Below are positions 1 to 7,802 of a stretch of 51,252 nucleotides of DNA, one piece after another; the first letter of the stretch is position 1; each line of letters begins with the position of its first letter. The translations under genes and the position numbers were made by a program. Under the pieces are notes generated by a model. That model saw only the letters and a program-made list of their open reading frames with translations, searched no databases and was not told where the DNA came from. This stretch comes from Patescibacteria group bacterium (GTDB lineage Bacteria > Patescibacteriota > Doudnabacteria > UBA920 > O2-02-FULL-48-8): contig DASUKB010000003.1 of NCBI GenBank assembly GCA_036278915.1, positions 1 to 51,252 on the forward strand. The letters are read 5' to 3'.

Positions 1-165
1 AACAGCGTGGATGTTATGACCGTCTACGCCGAGTTTTTGGGAAGCGACGGCAATCTGGAATCAGCCAAAGAGTATTGGCAGAAGGCCATAGCCGCCAACC
101 CGGCAGGGAAGGATCTTTACCAGAAAGAGATCGACCGGCTGGACAATTTGATGAAACAACAATAG
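1..165 (+). CDS. 3' end of a CDS entering from upstream (helical, TPR-like C-terminus), partial
   Basis: Frame 1 is open from base 1 to TAG 163-165 (..YAEFLGSDGNLESAKEYWQKAIAANPAGKDLYQKEIDRLDNLMKQQ*). It is too short for the ORF track, and only its composition suggests a helical repeat. Confidence 0.4.
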   Translation, partial: NSVDVMTVYAEFLGSDGNLESAKEYWQKAIAANPAGKDLYQKEIDRLDNLMKQQ

Positions 166-216
166 CGGTTGCGTTTAAAGGCAGCGCTGCGCGTATCGTG
201 GGGAAAGCGGCAGCGG

Positions 217-244
217 TTGACAAACCCAAGGCATCCTTTATAAT
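217..244 (+). promoter_or_regulatory. sigma70-like promoter
   Basis: TTGACA (217-222), 16-nt spacer, TATAAT (239-244), about 40 nt upstream of ATG 285. Confidence 0.45.
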
Positions 245-262
245 AAATGCAAATAACATTAA

Positions 263-284
263 GGCGGCGCGAAGCCGTCTTTTT
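263..284 (+). terminator. GC hairpin plus U-tract abutting ATG 285 (terminator-like or leader hairpin)
   Basis: GGCGGC(263-268)/GCCGTC(274-279) stem with one G-U pair, followed by TTTTT directly before the start codon. A near-identical copy lies at 43766-43787. Confidence 0.4.
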
Positions 285-719
285 ATGTCAATAAACAAAA
301 CAATCACAAGTTTTAGAGATTTAGAAGTATATCGGAGCTCGTACGATGCAATGTTGAAAGTCCATAAGGAGATTTTGCCAAAGCTACCGGGCAAAGAAAA
401 ATTTGATTTAGTGGATCAGCTTTCCCGTTCCACTAAGGCTATACCCAGACTGATTGCGGAAGGTTATAGCAAAAAACATCAGAATTTTGGATTTCAAAAA
501 TACATTGATGACGCTCATGCCGAATCAAACGAAACTATTGTTGGCTTGGAGCAGTGCAGGGATTTGTATAGTATAGACGCGCAATCGTGTTACGAATTAG
601 TCGATACGTACGATAAAATTTCTCGCCAGTTATACAAATTAGCAGAAGCTTGGGATAGTTTTAAAAATCGACGCCGAATGTCCCAGCCGCGCAACGACAC
701 GCACCGCGCCACCGCATAA
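285..719 (+). CDS. four-helix-bundle protein (23S rRNA intervening-sequence protein family)
   Basis: Internal ATG at 285 of ORF 75-719. MSINKTITSFRDLEVYRSSYDAMLKVHKEILPKLPGKEKFDLVDQLSRSTKAIPRLIAEGYSK.. matches the hallmark FxDLxVW/Y..A..L...IY..T..FP..E.. LxdQlrRa..SI..NIAEG pattern. Confidence 0.8.
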   Translation: MSINKTITSFRDLEVYRSSYDAMLKVHKEILPKLPGKEKFDLVDQLSRSTKAIPRLIAEGYSKKHQNFGFQKYIDDAHAESNETIVGLEQCRDLYSIDAQSCYELVDTYDKISRQLYKLAEAWDSFKNRRRMSQPRNDTHRATA

Positions 720-721
720 CG

Positions 722-744
722 AAAACCGCCTTGCGGCGGTTTTT
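722..744. terminator. bidirectional rho-independent terminator
   Basis: Perfect 9-bp stem AAAACCGCC/GGCGGTTTT with TTGC loop, A-run on one side and T-run on the other, between convergent genes. Confidence 0.75.
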
Positions 745-1129
745 ATTTGCTCAATATTTTTTTCACTTCTTCCAGTATATCTTCTGTCGTGTGGTAGGCT
801 TTCACCATGAATTGTTCGATGGAAAGTTTCTTGGTGCGCTCGATGTCGTCTTTGCTCCAGAGGTTGGAAAGGATTATGACTTTTGTGCTGGCCAGCCTCG
901 TGTCCGGGCTTTTGCGCATAGTCTCCAGCACGGTGAAGCCGTCCATCTCGGGCAGCATGAGGTCCAGCAGGACCAGGTCGGGTTTTTCTTTGGTCCAGAT
1001 GGCCACGGCTTTTTTGCCGTCGTCGGCCTCCACGACCTTGAACCCTTCGGACATAAGTTTGGCCACCACGATCTCGCGCATAGTGATGTCGTCCTCTACA
1101 ACCAGGACTTTTTTGGCATTTTCTGGCAT
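743..1129 (-). CDS. single-domain response regulator (CheY-like receiver)
   Basis: KKVLVVEDD...PDLVLLDLMLPEMDG...KVIILSN...K pattern of the REC domain. There is no output domain. Confidence 0.9.
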   Translation of the reverse strand: MPENAKKVLVVEDDITMREIVVAKLMSEGFKVVEADDGKKAVAIWTKEKPDLVLLDLMLPEMDGFTVLETMRKSPDTRLASTKVIILSNLWSKDDIERTKKLSIEQFMVKAYHTTEDILEEVKKILSK

Positions 1130-1291
1130 ATTTTTGGGTATCGGGACTATTTTTGTCTCAAGTGGATAAATATAAAACGCAAGCTTATTATAGTACGAAA
1201 TTTGCTTTTTGGAAACCAGCCTTGACGCAACCCCCCCAATTGCTATAAATCCAGCTATTTTTGTTTATTTGGGTCTGCTACAATAGTCCTT

Positions 1292-1909
1292 ATGAACGTT
1301 GCTGATAAATACAATAAAATATATTCTGAGAATAAGGTTGTGTTTGGTGTGGGTAAGCCAGAGGGGATAGTGGAAAAGATTTTGGATTTTGGCAAAACGG
1401 GGACTGCGCTTGAATTGGGAGCTGGTGAGGGCCGGAATTCATTGTTTCTAGCATCCCACGGGTTTACCGTCCGTGCCGTGGACATTTCCGAAATCGGTGT
1501 TTCCAAAATTCGCACGATCGCACAGAAACAAAATTTGCCATTAGAAGTAGAGGTGGCGGATATTACTGCATTCATTTGGGATAAAAATTATGACGTAATT
1601 GTCTCCACATTTGTATTTCATCATTTACCTAGAGCAATTGTGTTGAATTTAGTACATCAAATGCAGGCACATACAGCCGACGGTGGCTTCAATGCAGTCA
1701 CTTTGTTTAAAGACGGCGGCGATTTTTCTCGTCATAGTTTCGGTCAGGATTTTTTTTATGTTAAAGATGACGAACTACAAGCTCTTTATGGTGATTGGGA
1801 AATTCTTAAATATTTTGAACGTGAACGGCCAGCTTTCGATAAGAACTCTGACGGTACGTCTATGGTGAATACCTGTGCTTATTTACTAGCCAGGAAAAGG
1901 AATAGTTGA
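1292..1909 (+). CDS. class I SAM-dependent methyltransferase (TehB-like)
   Basis: Motif I LELGAGEGRNSLFLASHGFTVRAVDIS, followed by DVIVSTFVFHHL. Confidence 0.8.
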   Translation: MNVADKYNKIYSENKVVFGVGKPEGIVEKILDFGKTGTALELGAGEGRNSLFLASHGFTVRAVDISEIGVSKIRTIAQKQNLPLEVEVADITAFIWDKNYDVIVSTFVFHHLPRAIVLNLVHQMQAHTADGGFNAVTLFKDGGDFSRHSFGQDFFYVKDDELQALYGDWEILKYFERERPAFDKNSDGTSMVNTCAYLLARKRNS

Positions 1910-1974
1910 ATTAGGACTTATCACGTGGGTTCAAAAATTGGTTTATTGATAATGCTGTTGTTTAGGAAATAATT

Positions 1975-2796
1975 ATGCACAAATATGATTTGAAAATTGG
2001 AACGAAAAAAATTGGTGGGATATTTTCGTTTTTAGATTACAATGATAAAATACAAAACCGTGAAGAGTTTGTGAAAAGTTTCGTGAGCAAAATTAAACCC
2101 ATTATGGGTTTTGGTTATGCAGGTTTTAGCCACGAGATTTATTTAGAATCAAAGCTTCAAAATTCGATTTTTGATATACCCGCTGACAAAATAAAAAAAT
2201 TTACTGTACCAGAGAAAGAAATAATAGATCTTCTAAAAACCCAAATAAAGTTGGTTATGCCAACCCTACCCCTAGAAAAGTTGAATATTTATGTTTTTCC
2301 GACATTTAGTACTTTCGTGAAAAAGAATATGGGCGGGACCACGGGTACAACTCCTTGGAAAAACACAATGTTAGTATTTATCGATCCGAAAAAAAACTGG
2401 AAAAAGTATCTGGCGGGTACTTTTATCCACGAATACAATCATGCAGCCGCATTCCAATACCACACGTGGACGTCGCTTATTAATAAATTGGTTTTTGAGG
2501 GTTTGGCCGAAGTCTTCCTCGAGGAAATAGATCCGCATGCTCCTTTGAAAATAGGACCGATGCTTTCGTTGCAGCGAAGCAAAAAAATCTATAGTGGAAT
2601 CAAATCGAAATCGAATTCCAAATCCGTCAAGTTATATAATGAAATTTTTTATGACAATAAAAAATACCCTCTGTGGGCAGGGTACTCGATCGGCTATTGG
2701 ATAGTTAAAACGTTTCGTGAGAAAAATCTAACATTATCCTGGAAGGATATCTTAAAGCTTAGCCATAAGACTATACTGAAAGAATCAAAGTTTTAA
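1975..2796 (+). CDS. putative Zn-dependent protease (DUF2268-like, HExxH)
   Basis: 273-aa ORF with FIHEYNHAAAF (HExxH) and a downstream FEGLAE. The family call rests on motif memory only. Confidence 0.55.
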   Translation: MHKYDLKIGTKKIGGIFSFLDYNDKIQNREEFVKSFVSKIKPIMGFGYAGFSHEIYLESKLQNSIFDIPADKIKKFTVPEKEIIDLLKTQIKLVMPTLPLEKLNIYVFPTFSTFVKKNMGGTTGTTPWKNTMLVFIDPKKNWKKYLAGTFIHEYNHAAAFQYHTWTSLINKLVFEGLAEVFLEEIDPHAPLKIGPMLSLQRSKKIYSGIKSKSNSKSVKLYNEIFYDNKKYPLWAGYSIGYWIVKTFREKNLTLSWKDILKLSHKTILKESKF

Positions 2797-2801
2797 AAAG
2801 A

Positions 2802-2831
2802 GGGCGGATCCAATTTAGGTTGAATCCGCCC
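2802..2831 (-). terminator. rho-independent terminator of the Gly-rich micro-ORF
   Basis: GGGCGGAT(2802-2809)/ATCCGCCC(2824-2831) 8-bp stem. On the minus strand it is followed by TCTTTTTAAAA. Confidence 0.65.
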
Positions 2832-2841
2832 GTGTCGTGGA

Positions 2842-2958
2842 CTACCGCTTCCCGCCGCCGCTGCTTGAGCCGCCGCCGTTGTTGGAACCACCAGTGGAGC
2901 TTCCACCCTGGTTGCCACCACCTTGGCCACCGCCGTAAGCGCCGCCTTTGTCTCCCAC
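2842..2958 (-). CDS. 38-aa glycine/serine-rich micro-protein
   Basis: AGGAGG (2964-2969) lies 5 nt before GTG 2958. The product is (M)GDKGGAYGGGQGGGNQGGSSTGGSNNGGGSSSGGGKR*. It has its own terminator at 2802-2831 and a candidate TTGACG -35 (complement of 3011-3016). Confidence 0.55.
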   Translation of the reverse strand: MGDKGGAYGGGQGGGNQGGSSTGGSNNGGGSSSGGGKR

Positions 2959-3025
2959 TGAATCCTCCTCAGATTGGGTTTAGGCATAGCTTATATAAGA
3001 TTTCTGGAAACGTCAAGGTTTTAAA

Positions 3026-3054
3026 TTGATTTTTTGCTGGGGTTGTGGTAAAAT
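3026..3054 (+). promoter_or_regulatory. extended -10 promoter of the dehydrogenase operon (near-leaderless)
   Basis: TTGATT (3026-3031), 17-nt spacer, TGgTAAAAT (-10 at 3049-3054). ATG 3064 lies only 9 nt after the -10 and no SD is present. Confidence 0.5.
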
Positions 3055-3063
3055 ATTAAAGCA

Positions 3064-4131
3064 ATGTTGAAGTATGACAAGGTCAGCGAATACGACCACC
3101 ATAGGCTTGTAGTTGACTTATCTGACAAAAAAAGTGGTCTGGATGGCTTTATAGCGATCCACAACAATAACCTGGGATCCTCTGTGGGAGGGACCAGGAT
3201 TTTTCCATATAAGAATAAACGGCAGGCCTTATCTGATGTACTACGGCTTTCTGCAGCTATGACGTATAAATGCGCTATCGCCGGGTTGCCTTTTGGCGGT
3301 GGTAAGGGAGTGATTATTGCGGATCCCAAGAAGCAGGACATGAAAAAAATCCTGAAAGCTTACGCGGAAAAAGTTGGTAGCCTGGAAGGCAAATTCTACA
3401 CCGGTGAAGACGTGGGTTTAAGCGAAGCTGATGTGCAGTACATGCTCCAGTTTGCGCCATATTTTATAGGTAAAGAAAACGCCGCTGGTGATCCTTCGCC
3501 ATTTGCGGCCACAAGCGCTTTTTATTGCATTAAAGTGGCAATTGAATTTGTGTTTGGGAGTCCAGAAATAGCAATGCGCAGTTTTGCAGTAAAGGGGATA
3601 GGGAAAACCGGAGGCGCCTTGGCCAGATTGCTATTGGATCACCACGGGAAAGTTTTCGTGGCCGATCTGGACAACGATCGTGTGCAAGCGTTTGCCCGCC
3701 ATAATCCGAAGGCAGTGGTGGTGCCGTTGTCCGAAATAGATAAATTGAGCGTTGATGTGTTTTGCCCCTGTTCTATGGGTAATGAAATTACAGACAAAAA
3801 CGTTCACCAGCTAAAGGCAAAAATCATAGCTGGTACAGCCAATAATCAACTGCAATCAGGCAAGCTTTCTGCGGTATTGTTTAAGGATGGCATTTTGCAC
3901 GTTCCTGATTATATAGCAAATGCCGGCGGGTTACTGGATGTTGCGGACGAACTCTTGCCTGGCGGCTATAGCAGGGCTCGAGTGATGGAAGGGATCGAAA
4001 AGTTGAAAGGCGTTCTGCGTACAGTCCTTTCGCGTTCGGCACGAGAGAAAATAAATCCGGATTGGGTGGCGGATGAAATGGCCGAAAAAATACTTCATAA
4101 AGTAGTCAAAAAAGAAAAACTAGCCATTTAA
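3064..4131 (+). CDS. Glu/Leu/Phe/Val dehydrogenase family (leucine/phenylalanine dehydrogenase-like)
   Basis: GGTRIFPY...ALSDVLRLSAAMTYKCAIAGLPFGGGKGVIIADP catalytic-Lys motif, and GIGKTGGALARLL Rossmann motif. Confidence 0.85.
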   Translation: MLKYDKVSEYDHHRLVVDLSDKKSGLDGFIAIHNNNLGSSVGGTRIFPYKNKRQALSDVLRLSAAMTYKCAIAGLPFGGGKGVIIADPKKQDMKKILKAYAEKVGSLEGKFYTGEDVGLSEADVQYMLQFAPYFIGKENAAGDPSPFAATSAFYCIKVAIEFVFGSPEIAMRSFAVKGIGKTGGALARLLLDHHGKVFVADLDNDRVQAFARHNPKAVVVPLSEIDKLSVDVFCPCSMGNEITDKNVHQLKAKIIAGTANNQLQSGKLSAVLFKDGILHVPDYIANAGGLLDVADELLPGGYSRARVMEGIEKLKGVLRTVLSRSAREKINPDWVADEMAEKILHKVVKKEKLAI

Positions 4132-4133
4132 TT

Positions 4134-5138
4134 ATGAATCGAGAAGACATTGATCCCAAAGAAATGGAGAGGCTTACGAATCCAGAGGCTAAGCTGCTCT
4201 TTTTATTAAAATATGCAAGTATTGCGCCTTCAAGCCACAATACACAGCCGTGGCGTTTAAGAATAAATAGCAATACAATTGAGATTAAACCGGAATTTAA
4301 GCGGCGCTTAGTTTATTCTGACTCGAAAGATAGGCAACTGTACCTAAGCCTGGGTACATGTATTGAAAATTTATTACTGGCCTCAAAGGCTTATGGTTTT
4401 ACGTTTGATCTACAGATAAAAAACGATGAGTCTTCGGTATATGCGTTAATAAGCTACAGCAATTTGCAGCTTAATCTCATAGATTATACCACCTTAGAAT
4501 CAATCATTGCCCGAGCCAGCAACCGTGAATTGTTTGAAGACAGGCCTGTGCCGGATGAGTTTGTTGAAAAATTAAAATTGATAGCTGGATCAAAAGCAGA
4601 AATTTCATTTGTTACAGATCAAGCACAGAGAACCAAAATTATCGACGTTGTTGGGACTTCAATTCAGGATGCATTCTTAGACAAACAATTTACAAATGAA
4701 CTTTCGGGATGGATTAAACCTAGTCTGAAAAAATACCAGTTAGGCATGCCGGGATATAATGTGGGAATACCTTGGCCTTTATCATTTGTTATGCCGTGGG
4801 TGATTGGACATGTCAAAATGGATAAAACTCAAAGAAAAATGGATGAAGCACCTTTGAGGGCAGCGCCGATGTTCGTACTGCTATCAAATGATTCGGATGA
4901 GCCAACAAGCTGGATACAGGTAGGCCAAGTTTTTGAAGAAATAGCAGTTGAGGCCGATAAGATTGGTTTAAAAATTGGGATCCAAGGAGCTCCGATAGAA
5001 ATTGGTGATCACTATAAAACCCTTGGGCAGTTATTTGGTGCAAAAGGTAGACCGATGATATTCTTTAGAATTGGTTTTACTAGTAAAAACAAGCCAAAAA
5101 GTCCCCGGTTACTCGTGAATCAACTTATAGAACAATGA
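4134..5138 (+). CDS. nitroreductase-fold protein (two-lobed, Acg/Rv1355c C-terminal-like)
   Basis: ASIAPSSHNTQPWRLRI signature. The start lies 3 nt after the upstream stop. Confidence 0.75.
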   Translation: MNREDIDPKEMERLTNPEAKLLFLLKYASIAPSSHNTQPWRLRINSNTIEIKPEFKRRLVYSDSKDRQLYLSLGTCIENLLLASKAYGFTFDLQIKNDESSVYALISYSNLQLNLIDYTTLESIIARASNRELFEDRPVPDEFVEKLKLIAGSKAEISFVTDQAQRTKIIDVVGTSIQDAFLDKQFTNELSGWIKPSLKKYQLGMPGYNVGIPWPLSFVMPWVIGHVKMDKTQRKMDEAPLRAAPMFVLLSNDSDEPTSWIQVGQVFEEIAVEADKIGLKIGIQGAPIEIGDHYKTLGQLFGAKGRPMIFFRIGFTSKNKPKSPRLLVNQLIEQ

Positions 5139-6616
5139 ATATTCTTGACGAAATAAAAAATAAAAATTCAAATCATTGGGAAAGTATGCGTGAGGCGAAT
5201 GCCTTGCAATTATTTACCAACGCCTCAAAAAGGGTCCCGGCGTATAAAGATTTTTTGAAAAAAAATAATATTAATCCCGGGAAAATAAAAACTTTTCAGG
5301 ATTTCCAAAATATTCCGCCTGTAAGCAAGAAAAATTACCTCAGGCAATACGAGCTTAAGGATTTGCTTTGGGATGGTAATTTCAAGAAGCCGTTGGTGTT
5401 TACCTCTACCACAGGCTCTACTGGGGAACCTTTTTATTTTCCGCGGTCTCACGCTTTAGATAAGCAATATTCCTTTCTAGCAGAACTTTTTTTGGAACAT
5501 GGTTACCGGGATAAGCAGAAAGGACCAACACTTATCATTGTAGTCTTTGGTATGGGTGTTTGGATCGGAGGCCTTCTTACTTACCAAGCCTTCGAAATAG
5601 CAGGGAGAAGGGGTGATTATCCAATTTCGCTTATAACTCCCGGTATAAACAAGGACCAAATTTTTGCAATCCTTAAGAAACTAGCCCCACAATTTAAGCA
5701 GACAATAATCGCTGGCTATCCACCTTTTGTTAAAGATATAGTAGATTCGGCTTTGGACATAGGTATTGACCTTAAGAAGCTAAATTTAAGACTATTATTT
5801 GCAGCCGAATCGTTTAGTGAAAAATTTAGAGACCATCTTACTTTATCTGCAGGTATAAGGAACGCGGAGCTTGATACCTTAAATATTTACGGTACTGCAG
5901 ATATTGGGGCTATGGCATGGGAAACTCCTACTGCAATTTTTACTCGAAGGCAAGCAACTGAAAATCAAGATGTTTTTAGGAAAATTTTTGGGACTATTAG
6001 AAAAACGCCTACGCTAGCTCAATATAATCCCAATTTTATAACTTTTGAAGCTCCGAATGGGGACATCTTACTTTCGGGTGATAATAGTATTCCGCTGGTC
6101 CGTTATGAGATAGGTGATAGGGGTAGAACCATGTCATTTAACGATGTTAAAGAAGTCTTTCAATCCGAAGGATTGGATTATTTGGATTTATTTAACAAAG
6201 CAAAATTGAGTGGCTATATTTATCAGTTGCCCTTTGTTTATGTTTATGAAAGAAGCGATTTTTCAGTAGTTTTATCTGGTGCTAATATTTATCCAGAAGA
6301 GATTAAAGAAGCTTTGATTTCAAAAAAGTTAAAACAGGTTTTTACTGGAAAGTTTACGATGGAAATTGGTTATACCCATCGATTTCATGAGACTCTAACT
6401 ATAAACTTGGAACTTAAACCAAACCAAAAATCCAGTAAACAATTGTCGCGATTGGCCCTGTCAGTAATTACCGAGACCCTGCTTGAAAAAAATTCTGAAT
6501 TTCATGCCATACATACAGGTAAGGTTAAAGGTTCAACACCAATTATAAAACTTTGGCCTTATGAAAGCCCTAACTATTTTAAACCAGGGATTAAACAGAA
6601 ATGGGTAAAAAAATAA
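5135..6616 (+). CDS. adenylate-forming ligase (phenylacetate-CoA ligase / coenzyme F390 synthetase-like)
   Basis: FTSTTGSTGEPFYFP P-loop-like AMP-binding motif and YGTADIG. ATGA overlap with the upstream gene. Confidence 0.75.
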   Translation: MNILDEIKNKNSNHWESMREANALQLFTNASKRVPAYKDFLKKNNINPGKIKTFQDFQNIPPVSKKNYLRQYELKDLLWDGNFKKPLVFTSTTGSTGEPFYFPRSHALDKQYSFLAELFLEHGYRDKQKGPTLIIVVFGMGVWIGGLLTYQAFEIAGRRGDYPISLITPGINKDQIFAILKKLAPQFKQTIIAGYPPFVKDIVDSALDIGIDLKKLNLRLLFAAESFSEKFRDHLTLSAGIRNAELDTLNIYGTADIGAMAWETPTAIFTRRQATENQDVFRKIFGTIRKTPTLAQYNPNFITFEAPNGDILLSGDNSIPLVRYEIGDRGRTMSFNDVKEVFQSEGLDYLDLFNKAKLSGYIYQLPFVYVYERSDFSVVLSGANIYPEEIKEALISKKLKQVFTGKFTMEIGYTHRFHETLTINLELKPNQKSSKQLSRLALSVITETLLEKNSEFHAIHTGKVKGSTPIIKLWPYESPNYFKPGIKQKWVKK

Positions 6617-6617
6617 T

Positions 6618-7802
6618 ATGAATATAGAAGAACAACTTAAAAAAATTAATATTGAATTTGATTCTCACCCAGCCATATTTGATTTGGGCAACGAAAAGGA
6701 TCAAAAAATAGTTGCAGAATTATTTGACCAAAAAAAGATTTTGTCTGTCATGGATGATTACAAGGAACAACTTCACGAATTGTTTGCTATAAAAAATCCT
6801 ACTTTGGTTTACGCTCCTGACTTTGAAAAAAAATTCGATGAATATTATTCTACAATAGAGAAGGAAAAATCTATTCAGCTACATGGTAAATGGGTCTACT
6901 TTCCGTGGCTGTTCAATCTAGTCCATATTCTAGACAAAGAAGATTTTTTATCAGTCCGTACTGCCCGAAATCGCTATCTCATTGATCCCGAAGAACAAAG
7001 TAAATTTTATAATACTACTATTGGTATTGCAGGATTAAGCGTAGGTAATAGCGTTGCCTTGGCGATAGTGATGCAAGGCGGGGGAGGTAGATTGAAGCTT
7101 GCAGATTTTGATCGTTTTGCTTTGACCAACACAAATCGAATAAGAGCCGGAATAGAAAATTTAGGCCTTAGGAAAGTTGAAATGGCGGCAAGACAGATTT
7201 ATTGTATTAATCCCTATACAGAAATAGACCTATTTTATGAAGGTCTAACAGACCAGAATATTGAAAAGTTTTTTGGTGACCCAAAACTAGATATTGTAAT
7301 AGATGAATTAGACAGCATGGCCATTAAGCTCCGCATCCGAGAATATGCAAAGAAATATAAAATTGCCGTAGCGATGGGAGCAGATAATGGCGATAATGCT
7401 ATTATAGATATTGAAAGATACGACCTGGATTCGAATATCAAACCATTTCAAGGCAGGTTGGGCGATATTACGTATGATGAACTTAATAATTTAGATAAGT
7501 TTGGCGTTGGTAAAACAATTACAAAGTTTTTGGGACCTGAAAATATTACAGAAAGGATGCTTTACTCGCTCTCAGAGATGGGTAAAAGTATTGTTTCTTG
7601 GCCACAACTGGGCGGAGCGGCCCTTTTAAATGGCATTGCGGTTGCTTATTGCGTCCGTAAAATTCTAAACAAGCAATCTGTTATAGATAACCGTAGCCTT
7701 ATGATTGTTGATGAGCTCTTGGATCCTGATTATAATTCCGAGGAAAATAAAAAAAGGCGAGCAGAAAAGTCAGACAAATTCAAACAAATGTTCAATTTAT
7801 AG
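6618..7802 (+). CDS. ThiF/E1-like protein, Rv1355c (MoeY) N-terminal family
   Basis: HGKWVYFPW..LVHIL...RNRYLI..EEQ..F....IGIAGLSVGNSVA..IV..GGGG.LKLADFD.F.L.N.NR resembles the Rv1355c ThiF-like half as I recall it. Confidence 0.7.
   Translation: MNIEEQLKKINIEFDSHPAIFDLGNEKDQKIVAELFDQKKILSVMDDYKEQLHELFAIKNPTLVYAPDFEKKFDEYYSTIEKEKSIQLHGKWVYFPWLFNLVHILDKEDFLSVRTARNRYLIDPEEQSKFYNTTIGIAGLSVGNSVALAIVMQGGGGRLKLADFDRFALTNTNRIRAGIENLGLRKVEMAARQIYCINPYTEIDLFYEGLTDQNIEKFFGDPKLDIVIDELDSMAIKLRIREYAKKYKIAVAMGADNGDNAIIDIERYDLDSNIKPFQGRLGDITYDELNNLDKFGVGKTITKFLGPENITERMLYSLSEMGKSIVSWPQLGGAALLNGIAVAYCVRKILNKQSVIDNRSLMIVDELLDPDYNSEENKKRRAEKSDKFKQMFNL

Noticed and set aside
285-719. Possibility that the four-helix-bundle gene marks an intervening sequence inside a 23S rRNA gene
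   Set aside because: The flanks are a protein-coding 3' end, a promoter and a terminator. No rRNA-like sequence is present.
731-1225. Plus-strand ORFs 731-1225 and 807-1169
   Set aside because: They are antisense to a textbook CheY-like receiver gene, and their products are His/Phe-rich nonsense.
2793-2987. 64-aa minus-strand ORF from the track
   Set aside because: Its ATG has no SD and its product is featureless. The AGGAGG at 2964-2969 is correctly spaced for the GTG at 2958 in another frame (the Gly-rich micro-ORF), which also fits the terminator.
2842-7802. Calling the Gly-rich peptide plus the E1-like and nitroreductase genes a TOMM/microcin B17-type RiPP cluster
   Set aside because: There is no YcaO cyclodehydratase, the peptide has no Cys and essentially no leader, and the E1-like protein looks like Rv1355c rather than an Ocin-ThiF. 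The idea is kept only as a weak analogy in the findings.
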